A stretch of DNA of 64,000 nucleotides from the human T2T-CHM13v2.0 reference genome, Homo sapiens. The position numbers were made by a program, and so were the translations under genes. The stretch is from assembly GCF_009914755.1 (NCBI RefSeq), contig NC_060934.1. One strand, given 5' to 3'. Positions within the stretch are counted from its first letter, which is position 1. Each line of letters starts with the position of its first letter. The notes under the pieces were generated by a model. It was not told the origin of the DNA and made no database searches. It saw nothing but the letters and a program-made list of their open reading frames with translations. This document shows, in pieces, positions 13,409 through 27,359 of the stretch.

Positions 13409-13812
13409 GGAATTTTTCCAGATATCTTCTTATTATTGATTTCTAACGTATTCCATTTTTGTTGATGTACACCTTCTGCATTATCTCAATTGTTTAAATG
13501 TATAAAGACTTGTTATGTGCCCCAGCATGTGGTGGTCTATCTTGCAGAACATGCCACACACTTGAAAAGAATGTGTATTCTGAAGTTGCAGCATACAGTA
13601 TAAATACCAAACAGGTCAAGGTCATTGATCATCTTTTTATATCACCTATATTTTAACTGAATTTTTCTCTATTTGTTCTATCAATTGCTGGGAAATGGCT
13701 GCTAAAATCTCTAAGACTGTATGATTGTCTATTTCTTCTTTTATTAGGTGCATACATATTTATGATTGTGATGTCTTCCTGATACACGGACTCTTTTGTC
13801 ATCATGAAGTGA

Positions 13813-14517
<705 letters not shown>

Positions 14518-14810
14518 CCCACTCCAGTTTTCTTATGCTTACTGGCTGCATGGTATATCTTTCTCCAACTATTTATGCTCAATCTGTTCAAGATTTCATA
14601 TTTGAAGTGAATTCTTAAAATGATTGTTACAGCTAGGTCTTGCATTTTTAAAAAGTCAGTTTTTATTGTGTTAAAATACAGATAACATGTAATTTACCGT
14701 CTTAACCATTTTAAAACGCACAGTTCAGTAGTGTCAAGTATATTTATTTACATTGCTATGCAACCCATCTCTAGAACTTTGTCACCTTACAAAACAAACT
14801 CTATACCCAT

Positions 14811-15181
14811 TGGATTCGTCCATCCTTGCGTTGCTATAAAGAACTACCTGAGATTGAGTAATTTATAAAGAAAATAGATTTAATTGGCTCACAGTTCTGC
14901 AGGATACATAGGAAGAATGGCTGGAGAGGCCCAGGAAACTTACAATCATGGCATAAGGTGAAGAGGAACAAGGCATGTGGCTGGAGCAGGAGAAAGAGAG
15001 AGAAGCGGGAGGCGCTACACATGTAAACAACCAGATCTCATGAGGACTCACTCACTATCATGAGAACAGCAAGCAGAAATCCACTAATGATCCAATCACC
15101 TCCCACCAGGCCCCTCTTCCAACACTGTGGGTTACAATTCAACTTGAGACTTGAGTGGGGACACAGACCCAAACCATGTTA
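14811..15181 (-). mobile_element. MSTA-like MaLR LTR nested in an L1 3' end
   Basis: ttgctataaagaactacctgaga...cactatcatgagaacagc...ggggacacagaccc; 5-bp TSD cccat. Confidence 0.85.
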
Positions 15182-16071
15182 CCCATTAACAATAACTCCC
15201 CATTTTTCTCTTTCTCCAGCCCCTGGCAACAACCATTCTGTTTCTGTAAGTTAGTCTACTCCAGATATCTTAGGTAAGTGGAATCATGCAGTATTTGTCT
15301 TTTTATGACTGGCTTATTTCACTTAGCATAATGTCCTCAAGGTTTAGCCATGTTGTAGCATGTATCAGAATTTACTTCTTTATTAAGTTTAAATACTGTT
15401 CCTTTTTTTGGATATACCACATTTGTTTGTTCACTCTTCTGTCCATAACTTTGGTTCCACCTTTTAGCTATTGTGAATAATACTGCTATTAATGTGGGTG
15501 TCGTGAGTGTATAAATATTTCTCTGAAACTCTGCTTTGAATTATTTTGGATATATACCCAGAAGTGGAATTGTTGGATCATACGGAAATTCTACGTTTAA
15601 TTTTTTGGAACTGCCATACTGTTTTTCTACAGCAGCTGTGCCATTTTACATTTTCCACCAACAAGATACGAGGGCTCTGATTTCTCCACATCCTTTTCAA
15701 TATCTGTCCTTTTTCTTTTTTTGATAGTAGCCTTCCTAATGGTTGTGAAATGTGGGTATTGTTTCTTAAAATCTAGTCTGACAATCTCTGCCTTTTAATT
15801 ATAATGCTCAGTCCATTAACATTTAACATGATTTTTGATATGGTTAGATTTGGTGTGCTAATTTATTATTTGTTTTCTGTTTCTTCCCTCTGTTTCATGT
15901 TCCTCATTTCTGGGAAAGGGACACCTTTCCCAGTTTTGATACTCTTCATTACTTCTTTAAATCTGAATTTCCAACTGGTATTATTTCCCTTCAAAGAACT
16001 TCTAAGTTTTCTTTGATCTGAGAATAGCTTCATTTTGCCTTTATTCTGATTACAGAATTCTAGGTTGATAG

Positions 16072-17101
<1,030 letters not shown>

Positions 17102-17488
17102 ATCATCCAATTCAGAGTTCACTGAACTTTTACAATCTCACATTTGTGTGGTACAACAACAAATTTAGGAAATGTTTTGGCCACTACACCTTCGAATGTT
17201 TTGTCTGCGCCATCCTGTTTCCTTTACTCATAGGACCCAAATTATATCTATGTTACATCCTTTGATATTACCCCCTAGGTTCCCACGGCTCTGTTCATTA
17301 TTTTTAAATCATTTTTCTCTCTCCTCTTCAGAATAGATTTTATCTGTATTCAAGTACACTGATCTTCATTTCTCATCTCTGTTCTGTTATTAAGACAATC
17401 CAGTGAATCTTTAATTTCAGATATTGTCTTTTTTTCAGTTCCAGAATTTCCACTTGGTCCTTATTTTCAGTTTCTATTCCTCAGCTGA

Positions 17489-17843
<355 letters not shown>

Positions 17844-18431
17844 AAATCCTTGTCTTTTAATTTCAACATCTTGATCATCTCAGAATTGTTCTCAGTTGAT
17901 TGACTTTTTGGTTTAAACTGGGTCGCATTTTCCTGGTTCTTCATATGTCAAGCAATTTTAGATTGTATCCTGAATATTAGGAACATTATGTTGTGGAGGT
18001 TCTAAACTCTGTTCTAATCTTCCAGAGAATGTTCATTTTTTTCTCAGTTAAACTTAAACGGCAAATTTGTCTCTTTCGTATCAGCTCAAATCACAGTTTA
18101 GATATTTTATCCTTAGCTAAAATGCATTGAGTCTGCCTAAAAGCATGTGTAGTTCAAAAGTTAAGCAGAGAATTGAGTAGAGCTTGTTTTTTGTTTTTCT
18201 TTTTTGTCTAGAGTTTGTAGTTTTTATTTGCAAGAGGTTTAGGTCCAGTAGGAGTTAAGGCCATGCCCATATTTTTTCTAACATGTAAGTGTTTTGTTCA
18301 CCTGTCACAAAGCTGGGAAGCCTGTGAGCAGGTGACTTAGTGACAGACGGAAAAACCTTCAGAGGAGGTTGAGGAATAAAAGAGCAACTCTCTCTAGGCA
18401 GAGGGCAGAGGCAGCTGTGAACAAATCAACC

Positions 18432-18795
18432 TGTATTAGGCAGCTCAGGCTGGGTGGTTTAACCAACAGAAATTTATTTTCTCACCATCCAGGAGGCTGG
18501 AAGTCCAAGATCAAGGTATCAGCAGAGATGGTTTCCTCTGAGGTCCCTCTTCTTGGCTTGCTGATGCTTGCCTTCTCCCCATGTCATCCTATGGCCATCC
18601 TTTGGTGTGTTTCGTCTGTGTCTTTGCCTCCTCTTCTTCTATCCAACCAGGCATATTGGATTAGGACCCACCCCAAAGACCTCATTTAACCTTTGTTACT
18701 TTTAAAGACCCTATCTCCAAATACCCACATTCTGATTTACTGGGGGTTAGGATATCGATACATGAATTTGGGGGGACTCAATTCAGCCATAACAC
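18432..18795 (-). mobile_element. MLT1A-like LTR
   Basis: aacagaaatttattttctcac...ggaggctggaagtccaagatcaagg...aattcagccataaca. Confidence 0.85.
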
Positions 18796-19114
18796 TGCCC
18801 TTCAGAGGCTGAGGACTACCCTCTCCTAAAAGGCTGCAAAGGGGTGCAGCTGCCTCATGGCCCCTATGTTGTGGGGCATTCAGGCAGCAACTCCCCAGGC
18901 ATCAGTTGCCCCCTCACTGCTTACTCGGTGCCCTCACATGTCCTGTCTCACTTTATCCTCCCTATCCTCTAGGGTGGTAGCTGCCAGGATTCCCATTTTG
19001 CAGACGTGAGAATGACTCCACACAGCTGGGAAGTGAGTAGACCACCACACATCATGTGTTCACTGCATCCTGGGCCTGTGCTTTACATGGTTAATTCAGT
19101 TATCTGCCCAATGT

Positions 19115-19493
19115 TGTCTTAGTCTGTTCAGGCTGCTATAACAAAATGCCACTGACTGTGTGGCTTAAACAACAGAAACTCACTTTCTCTCCATTCTGGA
19201 GGCTGGAGGTCTGAGATCATGCTGCCAGCATGGCTGGGTTCTGGTAAGCCCTCCTTTCCTGGCTTGCCAATGCCTGTCTTCTTGCTGTATCTTCACCTGG
19301 TGGAGAGAGAGGGATAGTGAGCTCTCTGGTTTCTCTTCTTATAAGGACACAAATTCGATCATATCTGGGCCCCATCCTTAGGACCCCATCTAACCCTTAT
19401 TACCTCCTTGTAGGCTCTTTCTCCAAATAGGGTCACACTGGGAGTTAAGGCTTCAACATAGGAATTTTAGGGGGACCCAATTCAGTTCATAGA
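19115..19493 (-). mobile_element. MLT1A-like LTR
   Basis: tgtcttagtctgttcaggctgctataacaaaat...aggcttcaacataggaatttt. Confidence 0.85.
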
Positions 19494-20054
19494 AACTCCA
19501 TGTTTCTCCTGTATTCTGATGGGGAAACTGAGGCTCAGGAAGATCCACTCACAGAACTAGGGAGTGACACAGCTGGGTGCCCACTTCCCATGCCAGGCCT
19601 GTCTGACGAGGAGCCCATCTGGGGTCTTGAGCTCTGGTCTTCCAGGCCCGATAGGTCATGGACACCATCCACAGACCTCAGGCCCTCCTGTCATAGGACG
19701 ATGGTAATCACCTGTCCAGGCAGCTGCCATGCTGGCTGGAGGGGAGGAGATGGTTCTTCAGTCCCTATCTCAAGGCTCAGCCCTGGCTCCTGGCAGCCCT
19801 GATTGTTTGACCCAGAAGCAGGCAGCTCCCTCTGCAGGTCCCCAGAACACCCTGGGCTGGGCCATTTCTCCAAGCTCTGCCTGGAGCCTCCACCCTGAGA
19901 GAAGCGGCCCCCATCTCGCCAGCTGCCACCTGGTTCCTGTAAGCGTCCTGCGTTTCAATAGTATTTGACAAAGAGGGAAGCCCACATGGCTTGGAGATTG
20001 TTCTGACTCACTGTAGAAAGTGTCCAAGGTTCCCAAAATACGGACACAGCAGTG

Positions 20055-20260
20055 AGTCAGGCATGCAGCCCACCTAGGTGCACACTGTCCTGTGCTCCTT
20101 TCTCTCCAGAGGACGCTGGGTGCTGGGCGCAAGTTCCTAGAGAACAATGGTGCCCAGCAGGTGGGCAGGGTATGGGCCTGTCCTGGAGCGCCCAGCATCC
20201 CGCACTTTTTGCTCGCCCTTCTCACCAGGGGCTGCAACTAGGTGGGCTGCATGCCTGACT
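20055..20260. mobile_element. Candidate MITE-like element with 28-bp terminal inverted repeats
   Basis: agtcaggcatgcagcccacctaggtgca (20055-20082) versus tgcaactaggtgggctgcatgcctgact (20233-20260), 27/28 complementary; inner inverted repeat gctgggcgc/gcgcccagc. Confidence 0.6.
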
Positions 20261-20263
20261 GTA

Positions 20264-21548
20264 CCAGCAGGTACAGGCACAGAGGGAGGCGTGGACCCTG
20301 CAGCAACTGGGCCAGCAGGTGACAGTGTGCACTATGGATGAGGCTGGCTCCTCTGAGGTGCAGATGCAGGGATGCACCTGGTACAAGCAGAATTGGACTA
20401 TTTTGGAAAGCTTGGCCTCAATGGCATTTTAAAGTGCAGATGACACTGAAGAGTGCCCTTGGAGAAAGTCTGGGTGGGGACCAAGGGGACAGGGCGATGC
20501 CCTCTGCCCTGTGGGAGGAGATGGGTGAGCAACAAGGCTTCTTAGCATTGAAATTCACCAAGGCCGGGCCGCCGCTTCCGCCGTATGTTACATGTCAAAG
20601 AACACTTTTAACTAAGCACTGCCGCTTTCCTCCGGCTGACTTCACCCAGTTACTTACCCCAGTAACACTGCCGGCAGCCCACTTGCATCCTAGAGGAAGT
20701 ACTGGATGAGCAAGCGAAACAAGAGAAGGCTCACTCCCAAGCCCATCGTTCACAAGCCCTGCCTGCTGTGGGTGGACCAGGGTGCCCGGTCTCCAAGGGA
20801 GTGGCCCTGACTCTGTCCCCTGTCCTTAGCATGTCCCTTCTTCCCCTCCAGCCACCCACCGAGGGAGGTGCCACTGGCAAGGTGTGCACACCCCAGGGAG
20901 GGCAGCCCCACCTGTGCATCCTGCTGAGGGCAACTGTAGCTCAGCGCCACTGAGGCTAGAGCCACAACAGGAGGCTGTGCACTCACAGGGACAAAAATAC
21001 CCCAAGGAAATCAATGCGGGCCTTATTAATATCAGACCCATACGTGACAACTGTCAGACAATCGGTCAACAAGGGGCCTCGTGTCTGCATGATCCCAGCT
21101 AACCCACTGTGATCTTCATGAAGTGTCCTTCTGGGGGGTCCGGATCTTCAAATATGAGGGGAAGACCCTTCCCTTTTATTAGCAGCTAAGCTCTTTATAC
21201 TTTTCCCATATTGCGGCAGGTTAGAAGTCTAAGCTTTATTGTCTTATGTTATTGAAAATCCAGATTCCGGCAGGCGTCTCCCTCAGGTCAAGCTTTGTCT
21301 GCGAATACATTCTCATTTTTCCATGTACAGAGACCGTCTGGAGAGGGGCAGAAAAAGATTATGACTGTAATATACTTAAATCCAATTTATTTGCCTGGCC
21401 AGAAACTTCCACCCTCCACAATTGCTTCCTACCCAAGATGCTTCTTTAATTCTTTCTTGACAGGGAGTAACATGCGGCGGCCTCTTCCAGCAGGTACAGG
21501 CACAGAGGGAGGCATGGACCCTGCAGCAACTGGGCCAGCAGGTGACAG
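20264..21548. repeat. Dispersed 62-bp direct duplication (20264-20325 and 21487-21548)
   Basis: 61/62 identical. Confidence 0.97.
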
Positions 21549-22290
21549 GTGGCCTGAGAGAGAGGGCCAGCCGCTGACTGAAGTTTCGGGTTCGGGACTG
21601 CTCATTTGTGCATGAGAAGTGGGTCCTCAGTTGTATGTTGTTTACCGGGAGAGAAATGCAGTAAATGGAGAATAACAGGCCGTTGTCCAGGCAAGGCCAC
21701 CCCAGCCTGTGGCTCCCTTGCAGGCCCTGGCTTACACTTCATCTCATCCAGGAGCATCTGTCTTGGGGGCCCCTGGGATGAGGGTGGGCCCCACAGCCTC
21801 ACTTAAGGTCTTGATGAGCCTGTGTAACACTTCCCTGCAGGCTTACCTCTGATATAGGCTCACAATCCGGGAGGAAAATGGTTTCGGGGGATTATTTTAT
21901 TAATTGGCGTTTGCTCGTTTTAAATGATGGATGTAAAGGGACTGCCAGGACAGACGGAGGTGTGGGCATCAAACACCGCCCAGGCCCTTCCCCACCCCCC
22001 AGGCTGAGCCATGCCTGGGGCCATCCTTGGCCTTAGCCTCCCTGGCTAATGAACCTGGGACTGGGCTGCCCTCCCAATTATCATCTGCTGGCCCTGCCTA
22101 CAGCCCACCTCAGTGCAGCACAGAGCACAACCATTAAGCACCGACTGTGTATGCTTTTTCCTGCTAAGCTGGAGGAGGCGGAGACGGTAGCAAGGCCGGA
22201 GGGAGTGATGGGCCAGCAGGCTCTGACCACAGGGCAGGGGAGTGCTGCACTGGGCAGGGAGGACGCAGGGAGGGGCTTGACTGATAATGT

Positions 22291-22400
22291 GTGGAGCCAC
22301 CGCTCTTCCCAGTTTGCCCAGGATGTTCTGGTATTGGTGCTAAAAGTCCTGCATCCCAAGAAAGGCTCAGCCTCAGACAAACCAGGACAGTTGGTCCCCC
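22291..22400. mobile_element. MER81-like hAT-Blackjack MITE
   Basis: cccagtttgcccagga...aaagtcctgcatccc...caaaccaggacagttggtc. Confidence 0.7.
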
Positions 22401-22497
22401 AGCAGCTGGGAACAGTGACACTAGTCCAGCCAGTGCTGCTCTGTCACCCCAGCAGCTGGGAACGGTGACACTAGCCCAGCCAGTGCTACTCTGTCCA
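22396..22497. repeat. ~50-bp tandem duplication
   Basis: cccagcagctgggaac.gtgacactag.ccagccagtgct.ctctgtc occurs twice. Confidence 0.9.
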
Positions 22498-22499
22498 TC

Positions 22500-23005
22500 T
22501 GTGTATTGGCCAGTGTCTCCAGGGAAAGAGAACCAACAGGATATACACAGATACATGGAGAATGATTTCTTATGGGGTCGGCTCATGTGATTTTGGGGGC
22601 TGAGAAGTCCCACACTCTGCTGTCTGCAAGCCGGAGGCCGAGGACCACCGGTGGTGCTTTCCAGTCCAAGCCCAAAGGCCTGAGAGCCAGGGGAGTCCGC
22701 CATGTGAGTCCCAGTGTGAGTCTGAAGACTGGAAAACCAGGAGCACCAGCATCCGAGGGCAGGAGAAGATGGGCAGCCCAGATCAAGCAGAGAGAGCAAA
22801 CGTGCCCTCCTCATCTTCCTGTTCTACTCAGCCCTCGATGAGGTGGATGCTGCCTGCCCACACTGATCTCATGAGTGTTTCATGCAGTCTCCTGATTTCA
22901 AGGCCTTTTCCAGAAACATTCTCACAGACACACCCAGAAATAATATTTCACTAGCTATCTGGGTATCCTGTGGCACAGCCAAGTGGACCCATAAAATTCA
23001 CACTC
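22500..23005 (-). mobile_element. MLT2-type ERVL LTR
   Basis: gtctccagggaaagagaaccaacaggat...ggctgagaagtcccac...ctcacagacacacccagaaataat. Confidence 0.85.
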
Positions 23006-23889
23006 ATGCCCTGCAAGTCAGAAGATGCCCTGGGCCTGTTTCTCATTCATACGCTGCAGGTGGGGAGGCTGACCTCTGCCTCTAGGAAGGCTCCCGACGT
23101 CTCATGCGCTCTTCTCCTTGGGGCAATGGCCTTCCCCAAGGGTACTGTGGATGACTCTGAGGAAAGCACAGTGGGTGACTACCAATTTGCTGTCCCCAGA
23201 GAGCTACTGGGCATGAACCATTTAGGGACGTGGCAAATCACACAGCAATGTGCAGGGTTTGGGATAAGAAACTGGCCAGCCTGGGGAAGCTAATTCTGAA
23301 ATCAGCAGTGGGAGGTCTGGAAGCTCCAATCTCTTGGTATCTTAGTGAGGATGCCCCAGGAGGGGACCTGTCCCCTGCCATTCTCCCTTTCCATGGGCTG
23401 AGTGCACTCATCAGCAGGGAACATGAGGAGCTGGGGTGGGAGTCATCTGAGCCTGGATGCCCCCTCCCTAAGGGAGTGCTGGGAAGTTCAGCAGCCAGCA
23501 TCAGTAGGCCTGGGATCCATGCCCCCAGCCCCCAGTCCCTGCTGGGCTGAAGGCACCCCAATCCCAGCTGGCCTGTTGCTGAGCAGTCCAGAAAGAGCAC
23601 CGAGGACCATATCATGACATCTGCCTGTCCCCGTATATGGACAGAGCAGTCTGATCCCTAGCCTGCCGTGCAAGCGTGGTATGAGTTCTGGGTCTCTCCA
23701 AGGTGAAGATCACTCGAAGGCTTCTTTTGCAAAACGGCTTAGGAAGTGGATCATTTGGTTCATAAGACACTGAGTACTGAGTCACATTCTTCCTGCACAT
23801 CAGAATAAGGCAGCAGCAAGTCTCCTGAGACTCTCCACCGCACCCTGCAGCCTCCAGACAGTGAAGCGCCTTATTCAAGAGAGTAGAAT

Positions 23890-24168
23890 GGGACGGCGTG
23901 CTGGCTCACGCCTGGGGAGGCCGAGGTGGGTGGAGGTCAGCTGAGGTCAGGATTTCGAGACCAACCTGGCCAACATGGTGAAATCCTGTCTCTACTAAAA
24001 ATACAAAAATTACCCGGGCTTGGTGGCGGGTGCCTGTAATTCCAGCTACTCAGGAGGCTGGGGCAGAAGAATTGTTTGAACCTGGTAGGCAGAAGTTGAG
24101 ATCACACCACTGCAGTCCCGCCTGGGTGAAAGAGTGAAACTCTGTCTCAAAAAAAGAAAAAAAAAAAA
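23890..24168 (+). mobile_element. AluS with internal deletions
   Basis: Alu consensus match, A tail. Confidence 0.9.
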
Positions 24169-25137
24169 GGTAGAATGAAGGGACCACAGTGGCAGGGCCT
24201 ATGGCTCAGTGAGGGGCACCAAGGGACATGAGGCTTCAGGAAGCTACACTGGCCTCCTTGCTTGGGGAGCACTCCCGGGCATGAACCGGCATGGGAAGGG
24301 ACACTGGATCTTAGTGAGGGCCCCCGCCACCGGCACTCCCAGACCTCCAGGAGGCCCTGACAGGTGGGTGGGAGGGGCTGCGCCATCCTAATGGTATCAC
24401 CTCTTCCCTCCACTGAAGGGCAGGTGGGTTGAATCCGTTCTACTTCTCAGGAGGCCAAGCTCCTGAACGGCCGTCTTGCCAGGGAGAAGCTGTGTTTGAG
24501 ATAAAATGCAAAGCAGCGAGCACCTAAATACCGAGGCTCTGGTTCCTGAGTCCAGATGGTTTCCACAAACCTGAACTTTTAGGTGTGTGGACAGGTATCA
24601 CCAGCTTGACCTCTACTGAGTCCCCTCCGAAGGTCAGGGGACAAGGCTGGGACAGCAGCTTCAGGCATGAATCTAAGCTCAGAGTCAGTACCAAGGAGGC
24701 CATGATGGACCAAAAAGCAGGGGCATTTCAAATAGTGATAGGTTTTGCCAAATTTCTTCCACAATGATTGAAACTCTTTTTTCATTGCTACCAATGGTGA
24801 CTGAGTGCCTATTTTCCAACATCCTCACCAGCACGATTATGATTTTTAAAACATGTTGCCAACTTGATAGTAAAATGATATATCATAAATTCGATTTGCA
24901 TTTTTAACTTATGAGTTTTAACACTTTTGCTGTAGCCAAAATTTGAGAGGAACTTATGTGTCTGTCAGGGGGATAGCAGCTATGTGAATTACTGTTCATC
25001 TTTTCAATGTAGCAACACATGGCTTTTAAAATGATGAGTTCCATCTGTGCTGATGAAATGTGTCCATAGGAAACACTTTCAGGACAAATTAAGTGAAAAA
25101 AACTTGTAGGACTTTTATGTATAATTTTAATAAGCTC

Positions 25138-25458
25138 TGCACACACACACACACACACATGCATGTACACACATGCACCCATGTGCATACTCTCACATGA
25201 ACACGTGTAACACACGCACACACACATGCACACACTCATACAATTACATATGCCCTATGTGTACACATAACCACATATGTACATGCCCATGCACACCCTA
25301 AGCACACATTCACATGCACACTCATGCACATTATGCATGCACACACGTTCATACATACCCAAATATGCACTTGTGTACACACGTGCACACCCACACATGC
25401 ACACTATGAACACACAGCTACACATTCATGTGCACACCCATACATACACACACAGACA
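25138..25458. repeat. Degenerate (CA)n/(CACATG)n low-complexity tract
   Basis: Seen directly. Confidence 0.9.
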
Positions 25459-26466
25459 ACCCCAGGCAGAGCTCTGTGGGCTTCATGTGGGAAGAAGGGA
25501 ATGATTATTACTTTCTGATTCAGGGCTAGACTGTTTAGGCTAAATCAGAAAATGTGCATAGAGTTATCACGTACATGGAACGATCATTCTGCAAACGTTA
25601 ACCACTTTCACGCCGTTTGTTAGCTAACTTAACTGACAAAGGAAACATATTAGAAGAATAGAAAATCTGCTAATTTGATTAAACTTACATTCTTAGAAGA
25701 GTTTGTGAATGGATAAATATGACAAAGTTCCTTTGGCTCACTTCCTCAGAAGAAACATTGTGATCGATTTCACCATCGTTTTCTCAAACGGTCTCAGTCC
25801 TGGACAATTAGCTGGCGTGTTTGCTGGTTGGAGCGCGGAAGCCCTTTCTGTGCTGCCCAAGGCAGCAAGCTCAGCCCCTCGGATGGGAGACCTCCCTCAG
25901 CTCTGGCCCACCCCTCCTCGCGGGCATCACTCTACTGTTAACACCATGGGCATCTGAAATCAGTTGTTTGCTGTCAGGTTTGGATCCACCTCTCCGTCCT
26001 TTGATCCAGAGCTGCCGAAAGCCACATACTGTTTTCATCACCTCAGCCAACGTCTGGAGAGCCTATATTCGTATAGCCAGTGTGAGAAAGGTGGAAACTG
26101 AAAACACAAGTAGGGAAAGCAACGCTTGGAAAGGAGGTGGGCCGTCACGGCTTGGAGGAAACTTGAAAGTGAACTGAATATCAGACTCTATTAAGGAATT
26201 ATGGATCATTTTGTTAAATGTGTGTATCAGCCGTGGCAAAATACCCTTATCTGTTAAAGACACATACTGAGGTATTCAAGGTGGAATTACGGATTACCTT
26301 AATACACTCCAGGAAAAAACTCGGAGACAGTGCGGAAGCAAGCCTGCAAAACGCTGATGCTCACTGCAGCTGGGTGAGGGGCGTGGAGGCTCACTGGCCT
26401 AGCATGCTTGAGTATGTTTGAATTTTCCATAACAATATGTTTTTTAAAATAAGAAAGTTAAGCAGC

Positions 26467-27322
26467 TGATATAATTAAAACACCAACAGATGAGACAATG
26501 CTGCCGTAAGTCTCAAGGTTACCGCAGGGAATGCTTCATAACCTAAGTGTGTTTTCCCAAGGAGTTATACGGCAAAAAATTGATCATCATTACTTATAAA
26601 CATGCTGGTATTCCTGGAAAATTGAAGAGAACGCGTTAACATATTAAAGCAAATTGGAAAGGTTATCAGCTGGCTAGACACAAAACACACCAAATCTAAC
26701 AGTCCTCCTAAATATCAGCCGTAACCCACTGGAAAGTATGATTTTTACAAGATGCCCATTACCAAGACGGGCAGGTGGGAAAAAGCCCCGCCCCTCTGTA
26801 CTGTGCTTCTCTCTCTGGGCAGCTCAGCAACTTTGCTCGTTCCAGCAGCAGAAAGTCTCTCCCCAACCCCTCTGTCAGCCCTGGTCTTCTTCTCCCCTCC
26901 TCAACCATGGCACTCACGCCCAGACCAAGGGGCAGGTTGGGGGAACAAACCCCATAAGCACCCCCAGGTGCCCTGCTCTCCCGCTGAGTCAGACATGCCT
27001 TTTCCTGTGCCTGATACCCAGATGTTCTCCCCGAGGGGTGTGGTCTTCCAGAAGTTGAAGCATCTCCACCCCACTGTTCCAGAGGTGCTTATGCCCTGCC
27101 TTGGCATAACAAGGGCACCGTCCATCCTGACAGTTAAACCAAAATGAACGAGCAGATGCCCCAGCAATGTGGAGCTCCGCCTCTTGCAGGTGGAACCTAC
27201 TTGTAGCTCGTCATGATGGGAGGCTTTTTAGTTTCTGCACATTACAGAGGTGACACTCTTAGGGTTGGGGCTCAGCCTGGGCACCTGGACAGTGCCCAGG
27301 GGCCTTTGCAGACCATGGCAGG

Positions 27323-27359
<37 letters not shown>

